This document shows positions 44,824-55,905 of a stretch of DNA of 64,000 bases, one piece after another. A model generated the notes under the pieces. The model searched no databases. It was not told the origin of the DNA and worked only from the letters and a program-made list of their open reading frames with translations. The stretch covers positions 1,184,001 through 1,248,000 of the forward strand of contig CBDCWI010000001.1 in NCBI GenBank assembly GCA_965223325.1. The letters run 5' to 3'. Source of the DNA: Candidatus Multivoradales bacterium. GTDB lineage: Bacteria; Acidobacteriota; Thermoanaerobaculia; Multivoradales; Multivoraceae. A program made the position numbers and the translations under genes. How positions within the stretch are numbered: position 1 is the stretch's first letter; each line of letters opens with the position of its first letter.

Positions 44824-46626
44824 CTACTCGAGCCAATCGAAAGCTGGCGGCTGCTGGTTGCGATAGCGCTCGAGGCGCGCCCGCGCCTTCGCGAGTTCGG
44901 GGGCGCCGGCTCGTTCCTTCGCACTGACAACCCGCGACTGCCAGAGAACGGCATTCTCGAAGTCGCCGTTTGCAGCAAACGCCATCGCCAGAGTCTCGGC
45001 GTGAGGCAGTGACTGCTCGCGCCCGAGAACCCTCTCTGCCAGTTCGAGTGCACGGTCCGGGTCTCGTAGTTCGGCACCAGGCACCGTTGCCAGTAACCGC
45101 GCCCCGATGTGTTGGAGAGGCAGACTGTCCGGGAGTGCTTCCCTGGCGCGCTCGAGCCACGCGAGAGCCTCTTCGAACTGCGCCTGGAGGAGAAGCGAAA
45201 GCGTGCCACCGAACCAGGCACTCGCGTTGCTCGGGTTCACCCCGAGAGCGCGGTCAAAGAAGCGCACCGCCTCATCATGACGTCCAAGCCCGCCAGCGGC
45301 GCGCGCCGCCTGTAACGCCAGGTCATCGCGCTCCGGCAACAACTCGGCGGCAGCCGACAGGTGCGAGAAGCCGGCCTCGAGACCCGAACGCTCCACCACG
45401 CCACCAGCGGGATTGAGTGACAGTTCTGCAAGCGCCTCGTGCGCGGCACCCCGCAACGACACATCCTCGGCCTGGGTGAGTTTGTCGAAACGCTCACCGG
45501 CCTCCTCGACTTTGCCCGCGCTGCGCGCGAGAACGGCGAGGTTGAAGCTCGCTTCTTCGAAGTCTGGTGCAGAGTCGAGCGCGCGCTCGAAGTGCTCGCG
45601 CGCCTCTTCAGGGTTCGACTCGACCAGCATCAGGCCGAGGTTGTTGTGGGCAACGGGGTTTCCCTCATCCCCAGAAAGCACCGCACGCCAGGCCTGGGCA
45701 GCTTCATCTTGACGGCCCAGGCGGGTGAGGCTGGTGGCCAGACCGCGCAACGCCGAAGGGTGACCAGGAGCTAGCGAGAGCGCCTCGCGGTAAAACGCCA
45801 CGGCGTCCGCGAAGCGGCCCGCCGCATTGGCAATGACCGCCTCTTGAACCCGGGCAGCGGCGGAACGGGAAACACCGCGCAACGCTTCGATCAGGGGGTC
45901 GTCGAGACCCGGCCGAACCTCTCCGCGCTCCTCTAAAAGCGCCCGGGCGCGCTCTCGTTGCCCGACGCGGAGGTAGGACTGCGCGAGTGGATAGTTGACC
46001 GCCGTCACGTAGGGAGCGACGCGCCGAACGCCTTCGAAGTGCTCGATAGCCTCGTCGAAGCGCTGCTGTTCGAAAGCGATCGTCCCCAGCCCTTCGTGGC
46101 AGGCGGCGACGCTCTCGCCCCGTTCTAGAGCCTCCTCGAAGAGCACCCGGGCGCGCGCCGACTCACCGGCCTCTTGTTCGACCTGGGCCAGGCGAACCAG
46201 GGCCGCGCCGTAGAGAGGGTTGAGCTCACGCGCCTTCCCGAGTGCCGCGCGCGCCTCTGGAAAGGCGGCAACCTGCTGCGCCAGGGCGCCGAGGTAGTGC
46301 TGCCAGCGAAAGTCCTCGGGCGCCGCCCGACTGGCCAACTCGAGCGCCTCACGCGCCGGCTCGTCGTAACCGTAGGCCGCATAGGCCATACCGAGCTCAC
46401 CGTAGACATCTGCGGGTACGCCGGCGGCCTCACCGGCAGCGCTCTGCTCGACGGCGCGGTGGAGGGCGCGAAGATGATCGGCAACCTGAGGCTCTGCCGC
46501 CTCGAGATCGGGCATGGCCGGAACCTCGGTTTCGGCGCGACCCTCCACCCCTGGCGCCGGGGGGACAGGAGAGAGGGCTCCAGCCAGAACGGCGAGCGCC
46601 AGCGCGACTCTCGCTAGACCAGCCAC
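44824..46626 (-). CDS. Exported TPR protein
   Basis: Signal peptide, PEDFRWQHYLG, multiple TPRs, C-terminal LLAT.P..ELRD..RALELAE...ETLAMA.A..G.F. Confidence 0.85.
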   Translation of the reverse strand: MAGLARVALALAVLAGALSPVPPAPGVEGRAETEVPAMPDLEAAEPQVADHLRALHRAVEQSAAGEAAGVPADVYGELGMAYAAYGYDEPAREALELASRAAPEDFRWQHYLGALAQQVAAFPEARAALGKARELNPLYGAALVRLAQVEQEAGESARARVLFEEALERGESVAACHEGLGTIAFEQQRFDEAIEHFEGVRRVAPYVTAVNYPLAQSYLRVGQRERARALLEERGEVRPGLDDPLIEALRGVSRSAAARVQEAVIANAAGRFADAVAFYREALSLAPGHPSALRGLATSLTRLGRQDEAAQAWRAVLSGDEGNPVAHNNLGLMLVESNPEEAREHFERALDSAPDFEEASFNLAVLARSAGKVEEAGERFDKLTQAEDVSLRGAAHEALAELSLNPAGGVVERSGLEAGFSHLSAAAELLPERDDLALQAARAAGGLGRHDEAVRFFDRALGVNPSNASAWFGGTLSLLLQAQFEEALAWLERAREALPDSLPLQHIGARLLATVPGAELRDPDRALELAERVLGREQSLPHAETLAMAFAANGDFENAVLWQSRVVSAKERAGAPELAKARARLERYRNQQPPAFDWLE

Positions 46627-46627
46627 T

Positions 46628-48409
46628 TCAGCGCGAGCCCTCTGGCGGTCGCGGCTCGGCCGGTGGAAGAACGGGATGGTAGCGCCCGACGTCCAGCTTT
46701 GCCTCCCGAACGGCGCCGGAGGGCCAGCGCATGGTCACCTCGACCCGCCCCTTGGCGAGCGCTCCAAGCCCAACCAGCACCCGCGGGTCGTGGCTCGAAG
46801 CGTAACTTCCGTCGCGACGTGCACGTCGTACGATCGGGCCGCCTGGAGTGGTGACCGAAACCGTGAAACCAGCAGGCAAGACGGCATCATCCTTCCCGTC
46901 TCGCGACGCCCCGACGAAGCCGATCCAACCGGACTGGTTGGCGCGGTCGTTGCGCAGAAGCCTGAGCGGTGCGTTGTTGTTGAAGATGATCGCATCGGCG
47001 TCGCCGTCGTTGTCGAGATCGCCAACCGCCAGCCCGCGACTGACTTCTTCGTTGTCGAGCCCACCACCGGCGCGCGACGACCAGTCCTCGAACGAACAGC
47101 CGAGCGTGCCGCCGGCGATGCAAACGAAGAGTTGGTTCGTTTCACCGAGCGGGTAGGGGTGCGTGCGATCCTTCGCTTCGGCGGTATCGATCGCACCATT
47201 GACGGTGATGAGATCGAGGAGGCCGTCGTTGTCGGCGTCGATCCAGGCGGTCCCGAAGCCGGTCGACCGCACGCTCGCCGCACCTAATCCGGATGGTGCC
47301 GTGGCGTCGCGAAAGAGGCCATCACCCTCGTTGACGTAAAGCGTGTTGGTTTCCCCGCGTAGGTGAGTCAAAAAGAGATCGAGATCTCCGTCATGGTCGA
47401 AGTCGGCGGCGTCGACGCCCATGCTGGCTTCAGCAAGCCCCTTCGAGTTGAGCGCAGCGCCCGATAGGAGGCCCTCATCGACGAAGCGGCCGCTACGGTT
47501 GAGGAAGAGATGATTGGCCATCTGGTCGTTGGCCACGTAAAGATCCGTCGCCCCGTCGCCATCGAGGTCTGCGGCTATGACTCCCAGGCCGCGACTCTCG
47601 GGAGCTCCCAGCCCTACCCGATCGGCCACGTCTTCGAAGCGCCCGTCACCGAGGTTGCGATAGAGGCGATCCTGGGCACCCGGGAAGTTGAGCGGCCCGC
47701 AGTAGTCCAACTCCACCGTTTCACTCGGGCACCGTCGATGGCGAAAGAACTTGAAGTCGAGATAGTTGACGACGTAGAGATCGAGCAACCCGTCGCCATC
47801 GAAGTCCAAGGTGGTTGCGGCGACGGACCAGGACGCATCGTCCGTACCGCTCTCCTCGCTCACGTCGATGAAGGTCCCGTCTCTGCTGTTACGCAGCATC
47901 ACGTTGGCACCGAGGTTCAAGACGTAGAGATCGTCCCACCCGTCGCCGTCGAAATCGGCCGCGATGGCGCCCATCCCGTAGCCAAGAGAAGCGATTCCAG
48001 CTTCGGCAGTCACGTCATCGAACCGCAACGCGCCGGACCGCCCTGCCTCGCGCAACCGGTTCTCGAACAGGCGATCGCCTGACGCCGCCTCGGGGGGAGC
48101 CGGAACCTCGGCATCCGTCGCTTTCTTGTTCGGCCCGAGGAGATGACCTTGCACGACGAACACGTCGAGATCACCATCGCGATCGAAATCCAGCAAAGCC
48201 CCTCCTCCACCCATCACTTCGGGTAGGTACTGCTCCCCGGTCATGCCGTTCCAGTAGCTATGGACCAGCCCAACCTCGGCTGCGACCTCACTGAAGAAAG
48301 GCGCCTCCTCGGCTGATCCAGGGGCGCCCATTAGAACCACGAACCCTGCGAGAGCAGAGAGAACCCTCACGGCGCGCCAGGGGCAGTTCGGAAGAGGCGA
48401 TGCGTTCAT
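46628..48409 (-). CDS. CRTAC1-family FG-GAP beta-propeller + ASPIC/UnbV domain protein
   Basis: Repeated DFDxDGxxDL motifs, ASMGVD, SRGLAVGDLDNDGD, C-terminal GSYASS...VLVGLG...RWPSG. Confidence 0.9.
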   Translation of the reverse strand: MNASPLPNCPWRAVRVLSALAGFVVLMGAPGSAEEAPFFSEVAAEVGLVHSYWNGMTGEQYLPEVMGGGGALLDFDRDGDLDVFVVQGHLLGPNKKATDAEVPAPPEAASGDRLFENRLREAGRSGALRFDDVTAEAGIASLGYGMGAIAADFDGDGWDDLYVLNLGANVMLRNSRDGTFIDVSEESGTDDASWSVAATTLDFDGDGLLDLYVVNYLDFKFFRHRRCPSETVELDYCGPLNFPGAQDRLYRNLGDGRFEDVADRVGLGAPESRGLGVIAADLDGDGATDLYVANDQMANHLFLNRSGRFVDEGLLSGAALNSKGLAEASMGVDAADFDHDGDLDLFLTHLRGETNTLYVNEGDGLFRDATAPSGLGAASVRSTGFGTAWIDADNDGLLDLITVNGAIDTAEAKDRTHPYPLGETNQLFVCIAGGTLGCSFEDWSSRAGGGLDNEEVSRGLAVGDLDNDGDADAIIFNNNAPLRLLRNDRANQSGWIGFVGASRDGKDDAVLPAGFTVSVTTPGGPIVRRARRDGSYASSHDPRVLVGLGALAKGRVEVTMRWPSGAVREAKLDVGRYHPVLPPAEPRPPEGSR

Positions 48410-48420
48410 CGACAACCGAC

Positions 48421-49503
48421 TCAGAACCGCCGCGGACTCTCGAGGCCCTCTGCGCTTGTGCGGCCTTCCTCCTGGAGTCGAGTGCGGGTTTCCTCTCGCT
48501 CGACGGCGACCCGTTCTTTGAACGTTTCGAGCTCGGCCGCTGACCGTTGGTGATCTCCCAGCGCCCGCAACGCCCTGGCAAGGCCGTAGTGCGGTGCCGA
48601 GGCCCCGGGCGCGAGCTCCGCGGCGCGCTCGTAGGCCTTGACCGATCTCTCGAGCAACGCATCGCGACCCTCGCCCTCGGTCTTCATCGCGGACTCGAGG
48701 CGGACTCTTCCGAGGTCGAGCCAGAAGTCGACGCGTGAGGCGAACGCCGGTCGTGCCTGTTGGACCAGCGCCTCGAGCAAATGGCCCGCTCTTTCAGCCT
48801 TGCCCTCCCAGAGCCAGACGGCCGCCAGCAGACGCAGGGCCTCCTGGTTGCGCGTCGACACACGGAGCGGCGTCTCCTCCTCGCCGTTCAAGCTGGCGCC
48901 TCCGGGACCGATGGCCTCGAGCAGCAGAGTCTCCGCTCGGCGTGGCTGATTGTTCTCCCAGGCCACCCGCGCCAGCTCGAACAACCACTCGGGCCGGCGC
49001 GGGCCCAGCTCGAGTGCGCGTTCGAGCGGCTCACCAGCCGACTGCCAGAGTCGGTCAGCGGCCCGCGCTCGCCCCAGGTCGACGTGGTTCTCGGCTGCAT
49101 CAGGTGCGAGCGCAACGAGCTCCTCGGCAAGTAGCACGCGGTCACCCACCCGGCCCTCGCGCTCTGCCCGCTCGAGTTGTCGCTTGACCTGAACCACGGC
49201 AAGGTTGCCGCGCCCCTGTCTGGCGAGCGCACGCGACCAGCCGATCAACGCCTGAGTGCTCTCAGGATCATCGACCAGCACGCGCCGAAAGCCCGCTTCG
49301 GCCTCCTTCCAGTCATTTCTGGCCAGAGCATCCTCGGCAACAGCGAGGTCGCTCGGAGGGGTTTCTGATTGAACAGCGGCGATCGTTTCTGCCGCTCCGC
49401 TCGTGACCTGGGAGAGCGGCCCGAACACCGCGCCGATCAGAATCGTTGGAACCCCCACGGCGCCGCTGAAAGCGCGGAGGGCGGGCCGACGACTAGGACC
49501 CAT
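48421..49503 (-). CDS. TPR protein
   Basis: Helical repeats (ALIGWSRAL, HVDLGRA, HYGLARAL). Lies in an operon with the CRTAC1 genes. Confidence 0.75.
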   Translation of the reverse strand: MGPSRRPALRAFSGAVGVPTILIGAVFGPLSQVTSGAAETIAAVQSETPPSDLAVAEDALARNDWKEAEAGFRRVLVDDPESTQALIGWSRALARQGRGNLAVVQVKRQLERAEREGRVGDRVLLAEELVALAPDAAENHVDLGRARAADRLWQSAGEPLERALELGPRRPEWLFELARVAWENNQPRRAETLLLEAIGPGGASLNGEEETPLRVSTRNQEALRLLAAVWLWEGKAERAGHLLEALVQQARPAFASRVDFWLDLGRVRLESAMKTEGEGRDALLERSVKAYERAAELAPGASAPHYGLARALRALGDHQRSAAELETFKERVAVEREETRTRLQEEGRTSAEGLESPRRF

Positions 49504-51208
49504 CGAGACGCTCCTTGAGCGCCATCACCTCTGCGTCGTCAGGGCGCAGCATCATCAGGCGTTCGACGAGCGGCCTCGCCTCTTCCTTCTTGCCACGCGA
49601 CATCAAGAGGATCGAGTAGTCCGAAAGTGCCGGGGGGTGTTCCGGAGCAACAGCGAGAGTGCGCTCGAAACTCTCTTCGGCCTCGTCAAGCCGATCGAGC
49701 GCCATGAGAACGGCACCTCGCTGGTAGCGAGCGTCGGGTAGATCGGGGCGCACCGTCAAGAGTTGTTCAATCGCTCCTAACGCCTCCTCGCTACGCCCAC
49801 CCTGAAGCAAGAGCCGCGAGGCCAAAAGGACCGGACGTGGGTCTTCGGGTGCGATTGCCGCTTCCTCGGCGAGCAGCGCCAGGCCCTGGTCGAGCCTGTC
49901 GGCGAGGGCGAGCTCGCTCGCCTCTCGCAGGCTGCGCAGGGTCGGATCAGCGACTTCGGCTTCCAACTGGTTCACCGCACTGACGTCGTCCTCGTTGGCA
50001 CGGTTGAGTTCGGTGAACTTCTCGAGCGCGGCTTTCGCCTCGGCGCGCTGGCCGATGGCGGCGAGGGCCTGGCCAAAGGTCTGCCAAACCTGTTTGCGCT
50101 CGGGATCGAGCTCTGAGGCAAGGCGAAGAAAAGGCACCGCATCGGCGGGACGCCCGGCCGACTGCAGAAGGCGGCCGTACTCGAAGAGCACTTCGGTCGC
50201 CAGACGGGAAGGGTTCTCCGGCGGCGGGGCGGCGAGCAGGGGCTCGGCGTAGGGCTGGAGCTGGGCGATGGACTCCTCAACCCTCCCGGCTTGAAAGTAG
50301 GCATCGGCGAGCTGCACCGAAAGCCCCGGATCGGCTCCGGCACCCTCCGATTGAACAACCGATTCGAGTGCTTCAATGGCCTTCTCCGCTTCACCGACCG
50401 CCAGGTAGGCGCGCGCCAGGACGCGCGCCAGGTCGACCGCCAACGCCTCGGGTGGGTTCTCGGCAACCGGCTCGAGAAACCCGAGCGCCGCGAAGGGATC
50501 GCCTTCGATCATGGCGACCTGGCCACGGAGTAGGCGGATACCCGGGTCGTCTTCGGGCAGCTCGGCAAGCAGGAACTTCGCATCCGGAACCCGTTCGAGC
50601 CGCACCGCGCCGAGTGCTGCCACCCGGCGCGCCTCGTCGTCTTGCGGGTTGGCGAGCACCCACGGTCGCAGATAGATATAGGCCTCCTCGACCTGGCCGG
50701 CCATGCTGAGAAGCAGACCGAACTCGCGCAGCGCCGGCGACGTCGGCTCGAGATCCAGAGAGCGCTCGAGAAGCTGCGCAGCGAGTTCACCGCGCCCGTT
50801 GCGCATCGCTGCGCGGCCGGCGTTGTAGAGCACCGCCGCGTTGTTGGGCTGGCGCTGTGCGACTGGCGCCAGGACTTCGAGTGCCTCGTCGTTGCGATCG
50901 GCCTGCAGGTAGAGGCCGCCCAATGTCGCCAGGACCACGTCGTCTGCTTCGTCACGGTCGCGCAACGACTCGAGCGATGAAATCGCCGCATCGATATCGC
51001 CCGTCTCGATACTGGCGATGGCAGAAGACCACTCCGGGGGCGGCTCAACCGAGGCCGCCTCGGAAGCCTGCTGCTGGCCGGTGGCGGGCATCGCAACAGC
51101 CACCACCAGCGAGAACAGCGTCAGAAGCAAGAGCGGGGCGCGTTGTGCGCCGAGCTGGGAACCGGTTGCCGCAACGCATGGACGGAACGTCATGAGCTTG
51201 GATTTCAT
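49493..51208 (-). CDS. Exported TPR protein
   Basis: Hydrophobic LLLLTLFSLVVAVAMPA, then many TPRs. Start probably 51208 or 51193 (ORF extends to 51457). Confidence 0.8.
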   Translation of the reverse strand: MKSKLMTFRPCVAATGSQLGAQRAPLLLLTLFSLVVAVAMPATGQQQASEAASVEPPPEWSSAIASIETGDIDAAISSLESLRDRDEADDVVLATLGGLYLQADRNDEALEVLAPVAQRQPNNAAVLYNAGRAAMRNGRGELAAQLLERSLDLEPTSPALREFGLLLSMAGQVEEAYIYLRPWVLANPQDDEARRVAALGAVRLERVPDAKFLLAELPEDDPGIRLLRGQVAMIEGDPFAALGFLEPVAENPPEALAVDLARVLARAYLAVGEAEKAIEALESVVQSEGAGADPGLSVQLADAYFQAGRVEESIAQLQPYAEPLLAAPPPENPSRLATEVLFEYGRLLQSAGRPADAVPFLRLASELDPERKQVWQTFGQALAAIGQRAEAKAALEKFTELNRANEDDVSAVNQLEAEVADPTLRSLREASELALADRLDQGLALLAEEAAIAPEDPRPVLLASRLLLQGGRSEEALGAIEQLLTVRPDLPDARYQRGAVLMALDRLDEAEESFERTLAVAPEHPPALSDYSILLMSRGKKEEARPLVERLMMLRPDDAEVMALKERLDGS

Positions 51209-51257
51209 CGCGGGTCTCTCTGGAGCATGTAGGCCGCCGGAGGTACTAGTTGCGGAA

Positions 51258-51297
51258 CCTTCCGAGACCGGGCCTTCCGAGACTGGGCCTTCCGAGA
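51258..51297. repeat. 15-bp period direct repeat (CCTTCCGAGA x3)
   Basis: Copies at 51258, 51273 and 51288. Confidence 0.7.
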
Positions 51298-51466
51298 TCA
51301 GAGGGCCGGAGGGCCCCTGGGTCGCTTCAACGTCGGTGGTGGCGCGGCTCTTCCGTCGCCAGTTGACGGGTCTAGGAAGGGTGGGCCCGGAGCTGGTTTC
51401 GAGTGTGAATGAGGATATCAAAGGGAGCCTGCGGGAAGGCTCCTCGAGACTCTGCACCCTGGCGGT

Positions 51467-53902
51467 TCAAGGCCGGATTCGGGGTGCGATCCAGCTCATT
51501 TCCGGTGCCCCAACTGCTTCGATTCCGGCACCTTCGCGCAAGCGCCAGTGCATGGCCGTCTCGCCGGCCGGCGGCCAGTCGAAGACCTCTTCGTCGCCCG
51601 AGGCCGGCCAGCGAACGCGCACCCGCCGAAGACGCTCGCCGCGTGCGTGCACTTCACGCAGGCCCACTTCGAGACGCAGGCTCGAGGAGCCGAACGATCC
51701 ACCAGAACCGACCTGTCGATGAATGCGGCTTTCCCCCGGTTCGCCGTTCTGGCCGACGAAGTCGAACGTCACGCGCGCCCCGACGGCGAAGCGGTTCGCC
51801 CCCGCAGCTTCGAGGAGCAGGACGACGGCTTCGCCGGCCTGCGGTGCGAGGGGGTTCACAAAGAGAGCATTGGGATAGGAATCGTAGGGATAGGCCCCGC
51901 CCAGCTGATGGAAGATGTCCTCGTCACCGTCGTTGTCGACGTCACCCCAGGCGATTCCGTGACCCTTCTGGAGGTGACCGAGGCCCACGGCCGCGGTCAC
52001 GTCCTCGAACCGTAGAGTTTCTTGCGTGCTGGCGTTGCGGTAGAGGACGTCGGGCATCAAGGCGGTGAAGTTCGGAACCCCGGTGCCGAGGTAGAGGTCG
52101 AGGCGACCGTCGGCATCGACATCGCCAAAGTTCGCACCCATCACCAGACGCGGTGCAGAAAGCCCTGCCGCTCTCGTGTCGTCGCGAAAGCGGAGTCGTC
52201 CGTCTGGGTGAACCCCGAGGTTGCGGTAGAGGCGCGGCGAAGCATCGCCTGCGGTCGCTGGTGAGTCGGACCCGAACGCCGCAGCGAAGACGGTGGCCAC
52301 CTCAGTACCGTAGCCGTTGACGAGAAGATCGAGGTCGCCGTCATTGTCGGCGTCAAAGAACCAGGTCGCGAAGGTCCGCCCGTCGCCGTCGACTCCGAGC
52401 GGACCGGCGATGTCTTCGAACGTCCCGTCGCCGAGGTTGCGGTAGAGCCGGTTGACGCCGAAGTTCGAGATGTAGAGATCGGGCCACCCGTCGTTGTCGA
52501 CGTCACCCCAGGTCACTCCCTTGGCAAACCGGCGATTGAGGGCCCCGGCGGTGCGCGCCGCGTCGACGAAGCGCGGCAGGCCCCCGTCGGGGCTCAGTTC
52601 GTTGCGAAACAGCTGAGACGGGTAGGCGGCGGCTGAACCCGGTTGGTCGAAGGCAATCGCTTGCGGATCGAGCGCAGACTCTGGGGATTCGTTGCCGATA
52701 TAGAGGTCGAGGTCGCCGTCGCGGTCGTAGTCTGCCCAGGCAGCAGTCTGGGTTGGATAGGACGGCGACGCGAGGCCAACCGCATAGGTCACGTCGACGA
52801 AATAGGTTCTGCCGCCAGGATCGACCCGGTTGTGGAGGAGCGAATTGCGCTGCCGCCCTGTTTCGCCCAGCCAGGCTCCACGCAGCACGAGAATGTCGAG
52901 CCGCCCGTCGCCGTCGAAGTCGGCGTGAACGAGGTTGAGGCCGCCGCTTTGACCGTCGAGCTGCCAGTCGGCAGTCGCGTCTTCGAAGCCAGCACCCGTG
53001 CTGCGTAGGGCGCGCAGCGGCTCACACGGGTGCCAACTGGAAGAAATTAAATCGAGGCGGCCGTCGCCGTCGAAGTCATCGACGATTGCCCCGCCCGACA
53101 GGTCCGCCGAGTTCAGCCAGGAGTGATGGTCGCCTGAAAGCCTCCCGGGAGCCAGCATGTCGACGAACGGGCGCAGGGTGGTAGCAGCCGGCGAATCGAT
53201 TCTCGGAGCCGGCAGCCGGTCACGCTCCTCAACACCGTCGGGCCAATCACCCGTCAGCATGCGCGCGATGTTGAGCAGCCAACGCGCCTCCGCCTCGTAG
53301 GTCGCGTCACCATTGCTGCGCGCCAGGCGCAGCAAACGATCGAACGACTGCGCCGCCCTGCGGGCCGGGCCCTTTTCCTTATGTATCGAGCTGGAAGTGA
53401 CCGGAAGAATGCAGCTGCCGCCATCGTGCATCGAGAGACAATTCTGGTCTTCCGCGACGAGTAGGTGGGCGACTCCGAGCAGCGTCAGGAGGTTGGCCTC
53501 GAGGTCGAAGGGCACTGTGCCTTGTTGGCTCGGCCCATCCACCGCGTCGACGATTGAAAGCGCCGCGCCAAGGTGTCCGATCGCATCGTCGAGTCGCGCG
53601 AGGCGGATCTCGTGCCAGGCGGCCTGCGCCAACGAGGTCGCGCGCGCTATGGAACCGTCGTCACTCGCCTTGGCCGCCGCGAGCAAGCGATCGATCTGCG
53701 AACCTCCGAACCAGGCATCACTCGCCTCGGTTCGTCGCTCACACAGCCGGTCGAATTCGAGTGTTGCCCGCCGGTTCCACGACAATTCCTGGTCGTCTAG
53801 CTCCAGACCCCCACCCGATACGACTGTTTCCTGCCCCGCCGCCGGCAGAGTGGCCCAGAGCAGGGCGATGAGTCCGACGACGAGACCGCCGCGCGAGCGC
53901 AT
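51467..53902 (-). CDS. CRTAC1-family FG-GAP/ASPIC-UnbV protein with N-terminal helical (Cys-containing) domain
   Basis: ATG 53902 overlaps the upstream TGA. EDQNC...SCILP, FG-GAP repeats, GHLQKGHG, QVGSGGSFGSS, RWP. Confidence 0.87.
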   Translation of the reverse strand: MRSRGGLVVGLIALLWATLPAAGQETVVSGGGLELDDQELSWNRRATLEFDRLCERRTEASDAWFGGSQIDRLLAAAKASDDGSIARATSLAQAAWHEIRLARLDDAIGHLGAALSIVDAVDGPSQQGTVPFDLEANLLTLLGVAHLLVAEDQNCLSMHDGGSCILPVTSSSIHKEKGPARRAAQSFDRLLRLARSNGDATYEAEARWLLNIARMLTGDWPDGVEERDRLPAPRIDSPAATTLRPFVDMLAPGRLSGDHHSWLNSADLSGGAIVDDFDGDGRLDLISSSWHPCEPLRALRSTGAGFEDATADWQLDGQSGGLNLVHADFDGDGRLDILVLRGAWLGETGRQRNSLLHNRVDPGGRTYFVDVTYAVGLASPSYPTQTAAWADYDRDGDLDLYIGNESPESALDPQAIAFDQPGSAAAYPSQLFRNELSPDGGLPRFVDAARTAGALNRRFAKGVTWGDVDNDGWPDLYISNFGVNRLYRNLGDGTFEDIAGPLGVDGDGRTFATWFFDADNDGDLDLLVNGYGTEVATVFAAAFGSDSPATAGDASPRLYRNLGVHPDGRLRFRDDTRAAGLSAPRLVMGANFGDVDADGRLDLYLGTGVPNFTALMPDVLYRNASTQETLRFEDVTAAVGLGHLQKGHGIAWGDVDNDGDEDIFHQLGGAYPYDSYPNALFVNPLAPQAGEAVVLLLEAAGANRFAVGARVTFDFVGQNGEPGESRIHRQVGSGGSFGSSSLRLEVGLREVHARGERLRRVRVRWPASGDEEVFDWPPAGETAMHWRLREGAGIEAVGAPEMSWIAPRIRP

Positions 53903-55672
53903 CACGGCGGGGGCGGAGCCTCGGCGGCGCGGACCCACGGCTCCACCACCCTGACAACGCGGTCACGGGGAAGACCTTCGATGCGCTGCCGGGCTCCCCC
54001 TGGCCATCGGATTTCTGCGATCAGGGGCTTCGCCTCGGCGGTCTCTTTGCCCAGGCCCCAATGCAGGGTGGCCTCGCTTTGCGACAGGTACGACGACGCA
54101 CTACGCACCTCGCGAAGCATGGGTCGGTCGGTTGCGCCGGCGAGCAGCACGCGCGCTCCGAGCGCGGCGCGGTTGCTGCGCCTGCCCTCGAGTTGCATGC
54201 GTAGCCACGGGCGAGGCGCTCCGACGTTCTCGTAGACCTCGGCGGTGTCGTTGGAGTTGACCACCAGCACCTCAAGGTCGCCGTCGAGGTCGAGGTCGCC
54301 GATCGCCGAGCCGCGACTGGGGCGCACGACGTCGAGCCCCGTACCGAGCCGGTCGACGTAGCGACCGCCGCCGAGGTTCTCCATCACCAGATTGCGCTGC
54401 GCGTACTCCTTGACCTTCGAGAGCCGTGCGGCGTTGGGCAGGATGTGTCCGTTGGCTACCACCAGATCGAGATCGGTGTCGTTGTCGAAGTCACCTGCGT
54501 TGGTGCCGAAACCGAGCAGGTGTAACGACGCCTCAGCCACTCCGCCACGGAAGCGATCGTCGACGAAAGTGCCTCCGCCAAGGTTGCGGTAGAGCGCGTT
54601 GGTTTCGAGAGCGAAGTTGGTTACGAACAGGTCGAGCCGGCCGTCACCGTCGAGGTCGGCCATTTCGACGCCCATGCCGGCCTCGGCCTGACCGTTACGC
54701 TCGAGGGCCGCGCCCGACAACAGCGACCAGTCTTCGAAGGTCCCATCGCCGCTGTTGAGAAACAGCAGGTTCGGGTCCTTGTCATTGGCGGTGTAGATGT
54801 CGGGCCAGCCGTCGTCGTCCAGGTCGCCGATGACCACGCCAAGAGTCGCCTCTGCGGAACCGGAGAGCCCCGAGGCCTCGGTAGCGTCTTCGAAGACCCC
54901 TTCGCCGGTGTTGCGGTAAAGCGTATCGACCAGACCGTTGTAGACGTCGGGGTGGCAGTAGCCACGCTCACCGGCATCTTTGTCGCCACAGAAGATGTGG
55001 TTCTCGAGCGAATGGTCGGTGTAGTTCCCCACGTAGAGATCAAGATCGCCGTCGAGGTCGAGATCGGCAAACCCGGCAGACGAGCTCCAGCGCTCTTCGG
55101 CAACTCCACGAGCCACCGCCTCTTCTTTGAAGCTCCCGTCGCCCAGGTTTCGGAAGAGGCCGTTCCGGCCGAAGGCGGTGAGGTAGAGATCGGGCCAACC
55201 GTCACCGTCGACATCACCCACCGCCGCTCCACAGCTATAGCCGCTCCACTCGATCCCAGACTGGTCGGTGACATCAATGAAGCGCAACCCGCCGCCTGGC
55301 TGTGGCCCGTCATTGCGCAACAGGCGCGACTTGGGGGGCGGTCCCTCGTACCCGGGTAGCAAGCCGCCGTCGACCCAGAACACATCGAGGTCGCCATCGC
55401 CGTCGTAGTCGAAGAGCGCCACGCCGCCAATCATGGTCTCGATCATGTAGTTGTCACCAGCGCCGGCATGGCGGTGCCGGAAGTTCAGCCCCCAGGAACT
55501 GGCCACGTCGCGGAACTGAATCGTGCTCTCGGACGCGGCGCCAGGCTCCTACGGTGGCAGACGTTTGGGCGGGAGAGGATTCGGCCGAGAGTGCTCCAGC
55601 AATGGCCATCGGGATCAAGACGGCGATGCGGAGCCGAGGTCCCGTTCGGCGCGGTGGTCTGGGCAATGACAT
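53902..55672 (-). pseudogene. CRTAC1-family FG-GAP/ASPIC-UnbV protein with apparent 1-nt frameshift at ~55549 (or an assembly error)
   Basis: The body frame (EPGAASESTIQFRDVASSWGLNFRH...) is preceded by TAG at 55551-55549. The signal peptide MSLPRP..RIAVLIPMAIAGALSA from ATG 55672 is in the adjacent frame. Removing one base joins them. Confidence 0.65.
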
Positions 55673-55905
55673 CGTGCTTTTCATCCCGAATAGAAAGCCG
55701 TTCGTGGCGCCTTTGGTAGGATCCGTCCCCGTTGATATTGGAGTTCGATCCGCCCCGGATGAGGGCGACATCGCCACCTCCCGAGTTTCTGCCGAGCCTT
55801 CCTTTCGTCGAGGTCGGCCTGGTACTGGCGGCCGGTCCCCAGAGCTCTCGCGGAGGCGCGCCAACTGCCTGAAAAGGCCGTCCTTTCGTAACCAAGGAGT
55901 CTGTC

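Noticed and set aside
51209-51469. Selenocysteine or readthrough fusion of CRTAC1 (TGA 51469-51467) with the in-frame downstream TPR ORF
   Set aside because: The frames coincide, but the CRTAC1 domain is already complete, no convincing SECIS follows, a terminator-like hairpin (GGAGCCT..AGGCTCC-CTTT) lies just downstream, and the TPR gene has its own signal peptide.
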